DNA from: an uncultured Bacillota bacterium
Lineage (GTDB): Bacteria > Sysuimicrobiota > Sysuimicrobiia > Sysuimicrobiales > Segetimicrobiaceae
Length of the DNA stretch: 64,000 nt
Direction of reading: 5' to 3'
Assembly (NCBI GenBank): GCA_963804645.1
Contig: CAWDRG010000018.1
Coordinates: forward strand, 32,001-96,000
Under the pieces are notes generated by a model. The model ran no database searches, was not told the DNA's origin, and saw nothing but the letters and a program-made list of their open reading frames with translations. Each line of letters opens with the position of its first letter. The stretch's first letter is position 1. Below, one piece after another: positions 40,777 through 49,829 of this stretch. Position numbers and translations under genes: made by a program.

Positions 40777-41559
40777 TCAGCGTCCGAGGGCGTCGAGGCG
40801 CGCCATGTCCTCGGGGGAGATCATGAAGTCAAAGACGTCGGCGTTCTCGCGGATGTGGTCCCGCTGGCTCGACTTCGGCAGCGGCACCGTGCCGTGCTGC
40901 AGGGCCCACCGGACGAGGATCTGGGCCGGGGATTTCTCGTACGCCTGCGCGAGTGCGGCGACGCGCTGGTCCCCGAGACGGTGTCCCCGCGTCAGGGGGC
41001 TGTAGGCTTCCACGACGATGTGCTCTCGCGCGCAGTACTCGAGCAGCCGCGCGTCGTACCCGAACGGCGAGCACGGCACCTGGTTGACCGCCGGGCGGAC
41101 GCGGGCGGCGCGCAGGATGTCGCCCACTTGTCGGACCGAGTGATTGCTGACGCCGATCGCCCTGCACCGGCCGTCGCCGACGAGTTGCTCCATTCCCTTC
41201 CAGGTCCGGGTCACGAGGCCCGGCGTGGGCCAGTGCACGAGGTACAGATCGATGTAGTCGAGGCCGAGCCTCGCGAGGCTCCCCTCGAACGCCCGCCGCA
41301 CGTGCAGTTGCTCGGTCGGCCACAGTTTGGTGGTCACCCACACCTGCTCACGGGGAAGACGGCTCTGGCGGACGGCCTCGCCGACGCTCGCTTCGTTGCC
41401 GTAGAACTTGGCCGTATCGACATGGCGGTAGCCGGCGTCGAGCGCCCACGCGACCGCCTCGACGGTTGGCGCGCCGTCTGGAATCTCCCACACACCGAGG
41501 CCGAGCACCGGGATCGCGGTGCCGTTGTTGAGCGGACGCGTGGACTGAGCGGATTCCAT
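40777..41559 (-). CDS. Aldo/keto reductase
   Basis: GYRHVDTA..Y.NE, TTKLW, DLYLVHWP, IGVSN, LPKS. Confidence 0.92.
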   Translation of the reverse strand: MESAQSTRPLNNGTAIPVLGLGVWEIPDGAPTVEAVAWALDAGYRHVDTAKFYGNEASVGEAVRQSRLPREQVWVTTKLWPTEQLHVRRAFEGSLARLGLDYIDLYLVHWPTPGLVTRTWKGMEQLVGDGRCRAIGVSNHSVRQVGDILRAARVRPAVNQVPCSPFGYDARLLEYCAREHIVVEAYSPLTRGHRLGDQRVAALAQAYEKSPAQILVRWALQHGTVPLPKSSQRDHIRENADVFDFMISPEDMARLDALGR

Positions 41560-41814
41560 GACTCCCTCCGCGACGCGGCGTCGTCTGGAGCCTATTATAC
41601 GAGCCGCCGGCGCGTCCGGCGACGCGCGCGACTAGGCGTCCGCATAGGCATGCGTGCCGGTGCCACACCGGATGACCGCGCGTTCCCGTGGTCCACTGTC
41701 TCCTCGGGCGATCGCTCCCTTAAGGACCACGCCGGTCCGGATGTCCCATGGTTCGGGTCCTGCGACGGACGTACGCTCACCTTGGGCAATCGAAGTGCAA
41801 CAGAGGTGTGCAAG

Positions 41815-42381
41815 ATGATCACTCGTTTCGTCCGGGGGGCCGAGGCCGGCCACACGCTGATTGAACTGACGGTGACCACGGCGCTCATCGGATTGATGGT
41901 GAGTCTGATGATGCCGGCGTTTCAGGGCTATCAGGAAAACTCGCAGGTGCGGACGGTCGCGTGGGAAGCGGTCACGCAGATGCGGCGGGCGCAGATGACG
42001 GCCGAGGCGCTCGACGAGCAAATGAACGTGCTGTTCGATCCCACCGGCGACCTTCCATCGCGCGGCGACGTGCAGGGGTGGGAGATCTGCGCGCCCGGCG
42101 CGAGCTGCTCGTTCTCGTCCACGTGGTCCACGTCGGATCCGGCGCTGATGCGGACCATCGTGCCGAACTCCGTGAACATGACGGCGTACTGCTACCGGGG
42201 GGCCTACACCCCGACCGGCACGTACCTGAACTGGACCGGCGTGTGCTCGAGTCCCGGGACCTCCACCGAAGCGATGTGCTTCAACAGCATCGCGGCGAAC
42301 CCGACCAAGATCTACGTGACCATCCAGCTCGCCACGGGTGGTACGACCCTGAGCGGGGTGAAGTCCGGCACCTGTCCGTAG
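41815..42381 (+). CDS. Type IV pilin-like (FimT/GspH-like) prepilin
   Basis: AG|HTLIELTVTTALIGLMVSLMMP class III signal with E5; six Cys in the C-terminal part; GAGG RBS. Confidence 0.75.
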   Translation: MITRFVRGAEAGHTLIELTVTTALIGLMVSLMMPAFQGYQENSQVRTVAWEAVTQMRRAQMTAEALDEQMNVLFDPTGDLPSRGDVQGWEICAPGASCSFSSTWSTSDPALMRTIVPNSVNMTAYCYRGAYTPTGTYLNWTGVCSSPGTSTEAMCFNSIAANPTKIYVTIQLATGGTTLSGVKSGTCP

Positions 42382-42485
42382 CGACCGACCTGCCTGCGCC
42401 GGGACCCGGCACGGCCGCACGGACCTTCGCCTGGGATCCCTCCCGCCGGGCGCAGGCATGGCGCCCGAGTTGCTACGATAGCGGC

Positions 42486-43509
42486 ATGCGCTTGGCGGAC
42501 TTCGACTACACGCTGCCCCGCGACCGGATCGCGCAGTCGCCCGCGGTCCCGCGAGACAGTGCGCGGCTCCTCGTGCTGTCCCGCGCGAACGGAGCGATCG
42601 CGCACCGCGCGTTCCGGGATCTCCCGGACGCGCTGCGGCCGGGTGATGTCCTCGTGCTGAACAACACGCGCGTCCTGCCCGCGCGGCTCCGCGGTCGCCG
42701 GGACACCGGCGGGGCGGTGGAACTGCTCCTCCTGCGCCCCGCCGGCGACCACGCCTGGGAGGCGCTCGTGCGGCCGGGTCGGCGGGTTGCGTGACGGGCA
42801 GCGCCTGATCTTCGGGGATGGCCTCCTCGAGGCGACCGCTGGCCCGCGGACGTCCACCGGGCTGCGCGTCGTGACGCTGGAGTGCCGGGGTGACCTCATG
42901 ACCGTCCTCCGCGAGATCGGAGAGATGCCGGTGCCGCCGTACATCGAACGGCGTCTCGACGATCCGGAGGCGTATCAGACGGTCTACGCGGAGCACGAGG
43001 GCGCCGTGGCGGCGCCGACCGCCGGGCTGCACTTCACGCGCGCGCTGCTCGAGACGGTGCGGACGCGCGGCGTCGACCTCGCGGTGGTGACGCTGCACGT
43101 GGGGCTCGGGACCTTCCGCGCGGTCGAGGTCGACGATGTGACCGCGCACCGGATGGACGCCGAGTGGTACGAGGTTCCCCAGGCCGCCGCAGACGCGGTG
43201 AACCGGGCGCGCGCGCGGGGCGGGCGCGTCGTGGTGGTCGGGACCACCGGCGTGCGCACGCTGGAGTCGGTCGCCCGAGATGACGGGACGGTGCAGGCGG
43301 GGAGCGGGTGGACGGACCTCTTCATCACGCCGGGGTTCCGGTTTCGCACGACCGACGCGCTGATCACGAACTTCCACCTGCCGCGGACGACGCTGCTCAT
43401 GCTCGTGAGTGCCTTCGCGGGCCGGGAACGCGTGCTCGCGGCGTACGAGGTGGCCGTCCGGGAGGGGTACCGCTTCTACAGTTTTGGAGACGCGATGCTG
43501 ATCGCGTAG
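42486..43509 (+). CDS. queA: tRNA preQ1 SAM ribosyltransferase-isomerase QueA; +1 frameshift near 42786, probably a sequence error
   Basis: DFDY.LP..IAQ.P..RD, NNTRV.PAR / PPYI, YQTVYA, AAPTAGLHF, TNFHLP, YRFYSFGDAM. Confidence 0.93.
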
Positions 43510-43555
43510 CCGCGCGCGATCGCGGCGACGCGGCCGCGGCCACCGTGCGAGTGCG

Positions 43556-44122
43556 TCAGCCGCCGCTGAAGACGATGTGCGCGTCCGTCATGCGTCGCTG
43601 GAACGCGTACTCCGCCGCGATCCGTCTCGCTCCGTAGAACAGCTCATCGAAGCCGTACCAGATCGCGTACCATCCACCGGGCTCAAGAACCACCGTCAGG
43701 CACGCGGCGGCCAAGTCATTGTGCACGTACGTTCTGACCAGCGCGCTCCCCAACAGCATCAGCGTGCCGATCAGCGACAGTACGATTCCCTGGGTGACCG
43801 CGTGGTGCCGCTGCGCCTGCAGCGCTTCGGCCCGCTCCTGAAAGTGCCGATGGAGACGTTCGCGAATCACCGCCTCATCCCCGGCGTTCCGCTCGGAGCC
43901 CCGAAGCTCGAGGTCGAGCTGCGGGGCCCCTGTCGAATGCGGCACGCGCGGTCTCGCAATTTCCGTGAGAAGGTCGTCCGAGAGGGCCCGGGCGGCATAC
44001 GGGCGTGGGTCGAAGTGGGAGAAGAGATCGCCGTAGGTCGAGAGCCGGATCGCGATGGAGTGCCCGTCCGAGGATACGTCCGTCGTGCCGCGAGCGTGCC
44101 CTTCAGGGACGGACTCAGACAC
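43556..44122 (-). CDS. Conserved hypothetical protein with two C-terminal TM helices
   Basis: DLFSHFDPRP..LSDD pattern; hydrophobic C-terminus. Confidence 0.65.
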   Translation of the reverse strand: MSESVPEGHARGTTDVSSDGHSIAIRLSTYGDLFSHFDPRPYAARALSDDLLTEIARPRVPHSTGAPQLDLELRGSERNAGDEAVIRERLHRHFQERAEALQAQRHHAVTQGIVLSLIGTLMLLGSALVRTYVHNDLAAACLTVVLEPGGWYAIWYGFDELFYGARRIAAEYAFQRRMTDAHIVFSGG

Positions 44123-44126
44123 CGGG

Positions 44127-44643
44127 CTAGGCGCGCCGGGTCCAGCCGCGATCCTCGGCGACCCACTGCGAGAGCGGACGCCCGAGGTAGTCCGTCCCGT
44201 CCACCCGGTAGCCCGCGGCCTGCAGCCGCCGCACCGCCTCCGCGTAGTACCGGTAGTCGACCTGCCATGCCCCCCGCAGCGGATTCTTGTAGAGGCCGAG
44301 GCCGCCGAGGATCTTGGCGAGGTTGGCGTCCTCGCTGGCGTCGCACGTGAACTCGACCGCTTGGGTCAGCGTGCCGAACGCGCGGATCTCCGAATGCTGT
44401 GGCGCGACGACAGGTGCGCCGCCCGGGTTCCGCGAGGCGACGAGCGGTTTGACCCCGCCGGATGGCGCCGGCGGCACCGTGGGAGCGGCGCCCGCCGCGG
44501 GCGCGGGCGCGGCGGCGCGCTGCGCCTTGAGCGCCTCGGCGCGCGCCTTGGCCGCGGCGATGCGCTCCTCGCGGCTGGGCTCGCCGGCCGCGGCGGGGCT
44601 CGGGGCGGTTGGCTCGGGGGTGCGTGGGCTTCTCGTCGGTCAT
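44127..44643 (-). CDS. Hypothetical protein with Ala/Pro-rich N-terminus; apparent frameshift near 44618
   Basis: RBS plus MTDEKP, continuing as SREERIAAAKARAEALK into ORF 44127..44477. Confidence 0.55.
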
Positions 44644-44785
44644 GTCTCTCTCCCTACACGGGTTTCGTCCTCTGCATTCTACCGAATGGAGGGTCGGGAG
44701 GCGAGGGCACCGTCGTCCTCGTCCCGGTGGACGCCGTGGACGTTCTGGCGCCGTGGGCAGCAGGATCGCGTGCTATACTCCAGCC

Positions 44786-45901
44786 GTGGCCTTTCGCTTT
44801 ACGTTGAGTCACGTCGACCGCGAGACCGGCGCCCGGGCGGGCGTTCTCGACACTCCCCACGGGTCCGTTGAGACACCGGCGTTCATGCCCGTCGGCACGC
44901 ACGGCACGATTCGCGCGCTGACGCCGGAAGAAGTGCGCGGCGCCGGCGCCGAGATCGTGCTCGCCAACACGTTCCACCTGATGCTGCGCCCCGGCGCCGC
45001 GCTGATCGCGAAGGCCGGCGGTCTCCACACGTTCATGCATTGGGACGGGCCGATCCTCGTCGACAGCGGGGGCTTCCAAGTGTTCAGTCTGCCCCACCTC
45101 CGTCAGGTGAGCGATGACGGGGTCATCTTCCGCTCGCCGATCGAGGGGAGCGAGGTGCGCCTGACGCCCGAGCGCGTGACCGAGATCGAGGAGGCGCTCG
45201 GCGCCGACATCATCATGCCGCTCGATGTCTGCCTCGGGTTTCCAATGAGCGCGCGCGACGCCGAGGAGGCCCTCCGCCGCACGGCGGCCTGGGCGGTACG
45301 CGCCCGGTCCGCGCAGCGGCGCACGGACCAGACGCTGTTCGCGATCGTCCAGGGCGGGTTCGAGGCCGGGCTGAGGCGGCGGGCCGCGGAGGAGATGGCC
45401 GCGCTCGAGTTCCCGGGGTACGCGGTGGGCGGCCTCTCGGTCGGGGAGCCTCGGGCCCTGACATACGATCTCGTGAGCGAGGTGACGGCCTGCCTTCCGT
45501 CGGCCAGGCCCCGGTACCTGATGGGGGTCGGCGTGCCGCCGAGCGTGATCGAGGCCGTGGCCCGCGGGGCGGATATGTTCGACTGCGTGCTGCCGACCCG
45601 GGTGGGGCGCAACGGGATTGCGCTGACGCCGGACGGCCGGCTGAACCTCCGGCACGCCGCGCACGCCGACGCGCTCGCCCCGCTCGAGGACGGGTGCCCG
45701 TGCCCCGCGTGCCGGGGGTACTCGAGGGCCTACCTCCGACATCTCTTTAAGGCAGGGGAGATGCTCGGGCCCAGGCTCGTGAGCCTCCACAACCTGACGT
45801 TCATGGCGCGCCTCACGCGGGCGATGCGGGCAGCGATTCTCGAGGACCGGTTCGCGTCGTGGAGCCGGGGCGTGCTGGACCGGTACCAGACCGCGTGGTG
45901 A
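44786..45901 (+). CDS. tgt: tRNA-guanine transglycosylase
   Basis: TPAFMPVGT, DSGGFQVFS, IVQGG, DMFDCVLPTR, CPCPAC..H. Confidence 0.95.
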   Translation: MAFRFTLSHVDRETGARAGVLDTPHGSVETPAFMPVGTHGTIRALTPEEVRGAGAEIVLANTFHLMLRPGAALIAKAGGLHTFMHWDGPILVDSGGFQVFSLPHLRQVSDDGVIFRSPIEGSEVRLTPERVTEIEEALGADIIMPLDVCLGFPMSARDAEEALRRTAAWAVRARSAQRRTDQTLFAIVQGGFEAGLRRRAAEEMAALEFPGYAVGGLSVGEPRALTYDLVSEVTACLPSARPRYLMGVGVPPSVIEAVARGADMFDCVLPTRVGRNGIALTPDGRLNLRHAAHADALAPLEDGCPCPACRGYSRAYLRHLFKAGEMLGPRLVSLHNLTFMARLTRAMRAAILEDRFASWSRGVLDRYQTAW

Positions 45902-45979
45902 CCGCCGCCCCGGGGGAGGGAATCGTTTTTCCGTGCGAGAACATTGGTGCCCAATGCTGACGCCTGGAACGCGCGCGTG

Positions 45980-46258
45980 ATGACGCAGCAACTCGTGCAG
46001 CTGCTCCCCCTTGTAGCCTTCTTCGCGCTGCTGTACGTGATGATGATCCGACCGCAGCAGGTCCAGCAGAAGAAGTACCGCGAGATGCTGTCGCGCCTGA
46101 AGAAGGGCGACCGGGTGATCACGCGCGGCGGGCTGTTCGCGGTGGTGCTCGAGGTCAAGGACCAGCAGCTCACGCTGGAGCTCGCGCAGAACTTGAAAGT
46201 GCGCGCGGAGCGCAGCGCCGTGCAGGCCGTCGTCAACAAGGGAGGGACCGGCGCCTAA
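45980..46258 (+). CDS. yajC: Preprotein translocase subunit YajC
   Basis: MIRPQ, LKKGDRVITRGG; follows tgt. Confidence 0.92.
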   Translation: MTQQLVQLLPLVAFFALLYVMMIRPQQVQQKKYREMLSRLKKGDRVITRGGLFAVVLEVKDQQLTLELAQNLKVRAERSAVQAVVNKGGTGA

Positions 46259-46275
46259 TCGGCGCCGATGCTACG

Positions 46276-46989
46276 ATGCCGGATCCGCAGGGCGTAGCGG
46301 CGGGCGTCACCCCGGAGGTACGGCGCCGGGCGGTCACCCTGGACGAGGTGAAGCGGGACCGCGAGGTCGAGGCGTACATCGCGAAGGCCGACGAGTACAC
46401 GGGCGCGATCGGGTACACGGAGCACGGGCTGCGCCACGCGAACCTGGTCGCGAGCATTGCGTCCAACATCCTGCGCCTCCTCGGCCGCGCCGAGCGCGCG
46501 ATGCAGCTCGCGGCGATGGCGGGCTATCTGCACGACGTCGGCAATCTCGTGGGGCGCGTCAGCCACGAGAACACCGGCGCGCTCCTCGCGGGCAGCATCC
46601 TGGCCCGTCTCGGCATGGACCCCGTGGAGCGGGCGATCGTGATGGGCGCGATCGGCAACCACGAGGAGCAGACGGGCGAGCCAGTTAGCGAGGTGGGCGC
46701 CGCGTTGATCCTCGCGGACAAATCCGACGTGCACCGGACCCGCGTGCGCAACCCGGACCCGCGGACGTTCGATATCCACGATCGCGTGAACTACGCGGTG
46801 GAGCACTCGTTCCTGCGCGTGGACGACCGTGCGAACACCGTAACGCTGGAACTCACGATCGATACCGGGCTCTCGCAGGTCATGGAGTACTTCGAGATCT
46901 TCCTCCCGCGCATGGTGCTGTGCCGGCGCGCGGCGGCATTTCTCGGCTCGCAGTTCAAGCTGCAGATCAACGGCACAAAGCTGCTGTAA
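46276..46989 (+). CDS. HD-domain phosphohydrolase
   Basis: GYTEHG.RH, LHDVGN, GNHEE, ADKSDVHR. Confidence 0.88.
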   Translation: MPDPQGVAAGVTPEVRRRAVTLDEVKRDREVEAYIAKADEYTGAIGYTEHGLRHANLVASIASNILRLLGRAERAMQLAAMAGYLHDVGNLVGRVSHENTGALLAGSILARLGMDPVERAIVMGAIGNHEEQTGEPVSEVGAALILADKSDVHRTRVRNPDPRTFDIHDRVNYAVEHSFLRVDDRANTVTLELTIDTGLSQVMEYFEIFLPRMVLCRRAAAFLGSQFKLQINGTKLL

Positions 46990-47021
46990 GGGGCATCAGT
47001 CCGGAGTAGAAGGAGGACACG

Positions 47022-47351
47022 ATGGCGATTGTGATGTACCGGTGTCAGTCCTGCGGTGGGTTGCACGAGGCCTCGGTGCGGCCCGGAGGAGGCTCGGTGT
47101 ACCTCCGCTGCGTCGTCACGCGCGCTTGGGCGTGGCATGAGCCGTCCAACTTCCTGACGGCGTCGGCGTCCGCCGCCCCCGCCGCGTCGCGGCCGGCGCC
47201 GGCGCAGGCGAAGGCCGCGCCCGCGCGCAAGGCGGCCGCCCCGAAGCGGGCCGCGGCGGCGCGCACGCCGGCCGCGCGGAAAGCGGCCCCGCGCAAAGCG
47301 GCCAAGAAGGCGCCCGCGCGGACGGCCAGCGTGAAGCGCCGCAAGCGCTAG
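47022..47351 (+). CDS. Small protein with Zn-ribbon-like head and histone-H1-like Lys/Ala/Pro tail
   Basis: AGGAGG RBS; CQSC..H..C..H; KAAPARKAAAPKRAAAARTPAARKAAPRKAAKK..KRRKR. Confidence 0.8.
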   Translation: MAIVMYRCQSCGGLHEASVRPGGGSVYLRCVVTRAWAWHEPSNFLTASASAAPAASRPAPAQAKAAPARKAAAPKRAAAARTPAARKAAPRKAAKKAPARTASVKRRKR

Positions 47352-47366
47352 GCGGGGCTGTTCCGG

Positions 47367-47417
47367 GAGGGTCCGGCGGGTTCCGGGGCTCCGGGATCCC
47401 CCGGGCCCTTCTGTTTT
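47367..47417 (+). terminator. Rho-independent terminator
   Basis: GAGGGTCCGG...CCGGGCCCTTC stem followed by TGTTTT. Confidence 0.6.
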
Positions 47418-47455
47418 CGTGCGTATTTTGGCCAGAATTCCGCCCCGGATCCGCC

Positions 47456-47565
47456 CCGAAGGCCGCCGCGCCCAAGCGGGCGGCGAAGGCACGCAAGCCG
47501 GCGGCTCGCCGGGCGGCTGTGACAGGGTCGGGGGCGGAAGGCCGCCGAAGGGCCGCAAGCGCTAA
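47456..47565 (+). repeat. Orphan diverged copy of the histone-like tail of the upstream gene
   Basis: PKAAAPKRAAKARKPAARRAA...KGRKR-TAA; 13-bp exact match GCCGCAAGCGCTA with the gene end. Confidence 0.7.
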
Positions 47566-47831
47566 ACAGGCGCACTCCCGGAGGGCCGGCGGGTCAGTCT
47601 CTCGGGAGTGGGTAGGGCGGTGCTGGGCGGACTAGGAGGGTTCTCGACGCTGGCGCTCGACGGGAAATCCAGACGCGGGCGCGCGGCGAGCACGGACGTT
47701 GGCACAGCAGACGGCTCCTCGCACACGATTCTTTCCGCATCAGGGCGAGACATCGGCAGGTACGGTTGCTGCATCGAGACAGTCAGATCGGCGGCGCATC
47801 TTGGGTTTCTCGATCGTGCGCGACGCCACGA

Positions 47832-48575
47832 TCACGACGACGTGGCATCCTCGACGTTTCTTTTGGTTGCGAACGCACGCAGGTTGACTGGACTCTTGTG
47901 TGTGAAACACATGAGCTCGGCGTGTTTCATAGGTAGTGCGGTGTGGAGGTCGACGTCGGACGCCAGATCGAATCCTAGCTTCACGTAGCGCAGGGCCACG
48001 GCGGGTGCTTCGCGATCTGCCTGGCAACGGCGAGCGCGTCTGCTCCAGCTCGCTCGGCTGGACACGCGAGTGACAAGCCGATCGTTGGCCTGCGCGCATC
48101 GATGGTCTCCCGGTAAATGCAAGGTACTTCGCCAGCCATGCGATGACGCGGGGCAGCAGGTACGTCATGCGCTGGTTGGCGCTATGCGACGGGGTATCGG
48201 GGAGGCCGATCACGGCAGTGGCGGCTGCGATGCGAATATCGCAGATCAGGGCCAGTTCAAAGCTCCGGCAACGCGTAGCTGTGAATGGCGCGATGCTCGG
48301 CTTGCCAGGCGGCGCATCTCGGCGCTGAGGTGCTGAGCAACAGGATGTACTCGCGAAACTCCTCTTGGTATGGAGAGCATCGCCTTGAGATCGCGCGCAC
48401 TGAAGGCTCGGCGTTCGGTGACGATGACACATCGGACTCCTGATCGCGGCGTGCGCGATCGACGCGCGATCAGGGACTCGAGTAGCGATGGGTTCAACGC
48501 GTTGAGCGCGCGCGGACGGTTCAGGCGCATGACGCGACGCGTCGCTCTTGCTGACTGCAACACTTCCTCGTTCAT
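47832..48575 (-). pseudogene. Enoyl-CoA hydratase/isomerase, many frameshifts
   Basis: LNRPRALNALN, RAFSA.DLK, FELALICDIRIAA, TYLLPRVI. Confidence 0.75.
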
Positions 48576-48579
48576 GGTG

Positions 48580-49764
48580 TATCCCTGATAGAGACGGTAT
48601 AGGCGTTTGGCTTGCGTTCGTGTGCGTGAGGGTGCCGGCGCGAGGAGCTCGATCTTCGGGCTGAAGACCAGGGTGTGCGGATCGGCGCGCGAGACGATCA
48701 CCAGGCCGGCAAGCTCCTGAGGGTGAATCCTTCGCGTACTCGCTGCAGGAGCATCGACAATGGGCGGTGGCTCTGTCAACACGATGCGGAACTCGCGGTA
48801 GCGCGGGTGCATGCTGTAGACCACATCCTGGACGCCAGCGGATACACGTTGATCCTTTGACGATGAACATGTGTCGCTGCGGCGAGGACGGAAGCGAAAG
48901 CGGTGCGTTCACAGGCATGTGCCGGTGCCACACTTGGACGTGATCGTGGGACGATAGCGGATGAGCGGATGCGCTTCGCTCGATTGTGGTGAAGACCAGT
49001 TCGCGACGCGCCTCGGTGGAGGCATGACGCGCGGAGGCAGGGTGATCAGTTCACGATGAACAGGCCTGGCGAGCAGTGCAGTGTGATGCTGGCACTCCGC
49101 GCCACGGGCTCAACTCCCCGAGCCATAAATGTCGCGAGCTCCATGTTCACGTGGCTTCAATCTGTTCCGGTAGCGGGGATGGCCAGTCGGCGTCGCCGAG
49201 AACAGGCCTTGCGCACGCCAGCGCGGCGGCGCGACACCTCACTTTGCGCGACGTGCGCAAATGCAGCGCGTACGAGGGCGTCGAGTAGAGCGCGACGGCA
49301 TCTGCATGTTTGCATGATGTCGATCAGACGTTAGATTGGCGATCCGACGGGTGCGACGCACGCGCGATCGTCTCAAACGTATATGGTGTTGATCGCCGCA
49401 TACAGGCTGTAGTTCATCATTCAAAGAGGACATCGGGCGCAAGCGGCGGCCAGGCGCGCGGGCTCGACTTCGTTGTAGACGGCGACGTGCGTGCGTAGTG
49501 CGGTGCAGGGGACGCCGTGGTGCTCGTGGCCTGCATGCGTACATCGATGCAAGGGGCGCGCATTGGTTCTGTCAAACGGCGGCGGACGGTTGCGCGTTCT
49601 GCAGCTCGGCTTTTCAGTGAACGGCAGCGCGGGAGGTCTCGAGGCCGGTACGCCGGGGACGACGCGGCGTGTCCACTTGCGGCGATAGAACGGGCTCGTG
49701 CGCAGCACGTAGTCGATCTGGCGCGCAGCTTCTCTTCTTCGATCGTGGAGGCATCGGACGACAT
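48580..49764 (-). pseudogene. Phenylacetate-CoA ligase (PaaK-like), many frameshifts
   Basis: SPFYRRKW, LPFTEK, RMQATS, ELVFTTIEREAHPLIRYR and NVYP fragments. Confidence 0.7.
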
Positions 49765-49829
49765 GGTTTCAAGTTCTGGTTCAGCACGTGCAGTTGGAGC
49801 GGCATCAGAGCTCGCGCAGCGGAGCGCAC

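Noticed and set aside
36061..43509. Programmed frameshifting or pseudogenisation of ruvC, ruvB and queA
   Set aside because: Isolated single-base indels without slippery sites in otherwise intact genes; similar errors occur across the window, so sequencing error is more likely.
47440..47610. Glycine or c-di-GMP riboswitch, or 6S RNA
   Set aside because: The GCCGAAGG and ACGCAAG resemblance is better explained by Lys/Ala/Arg codons of the duplicated tail.
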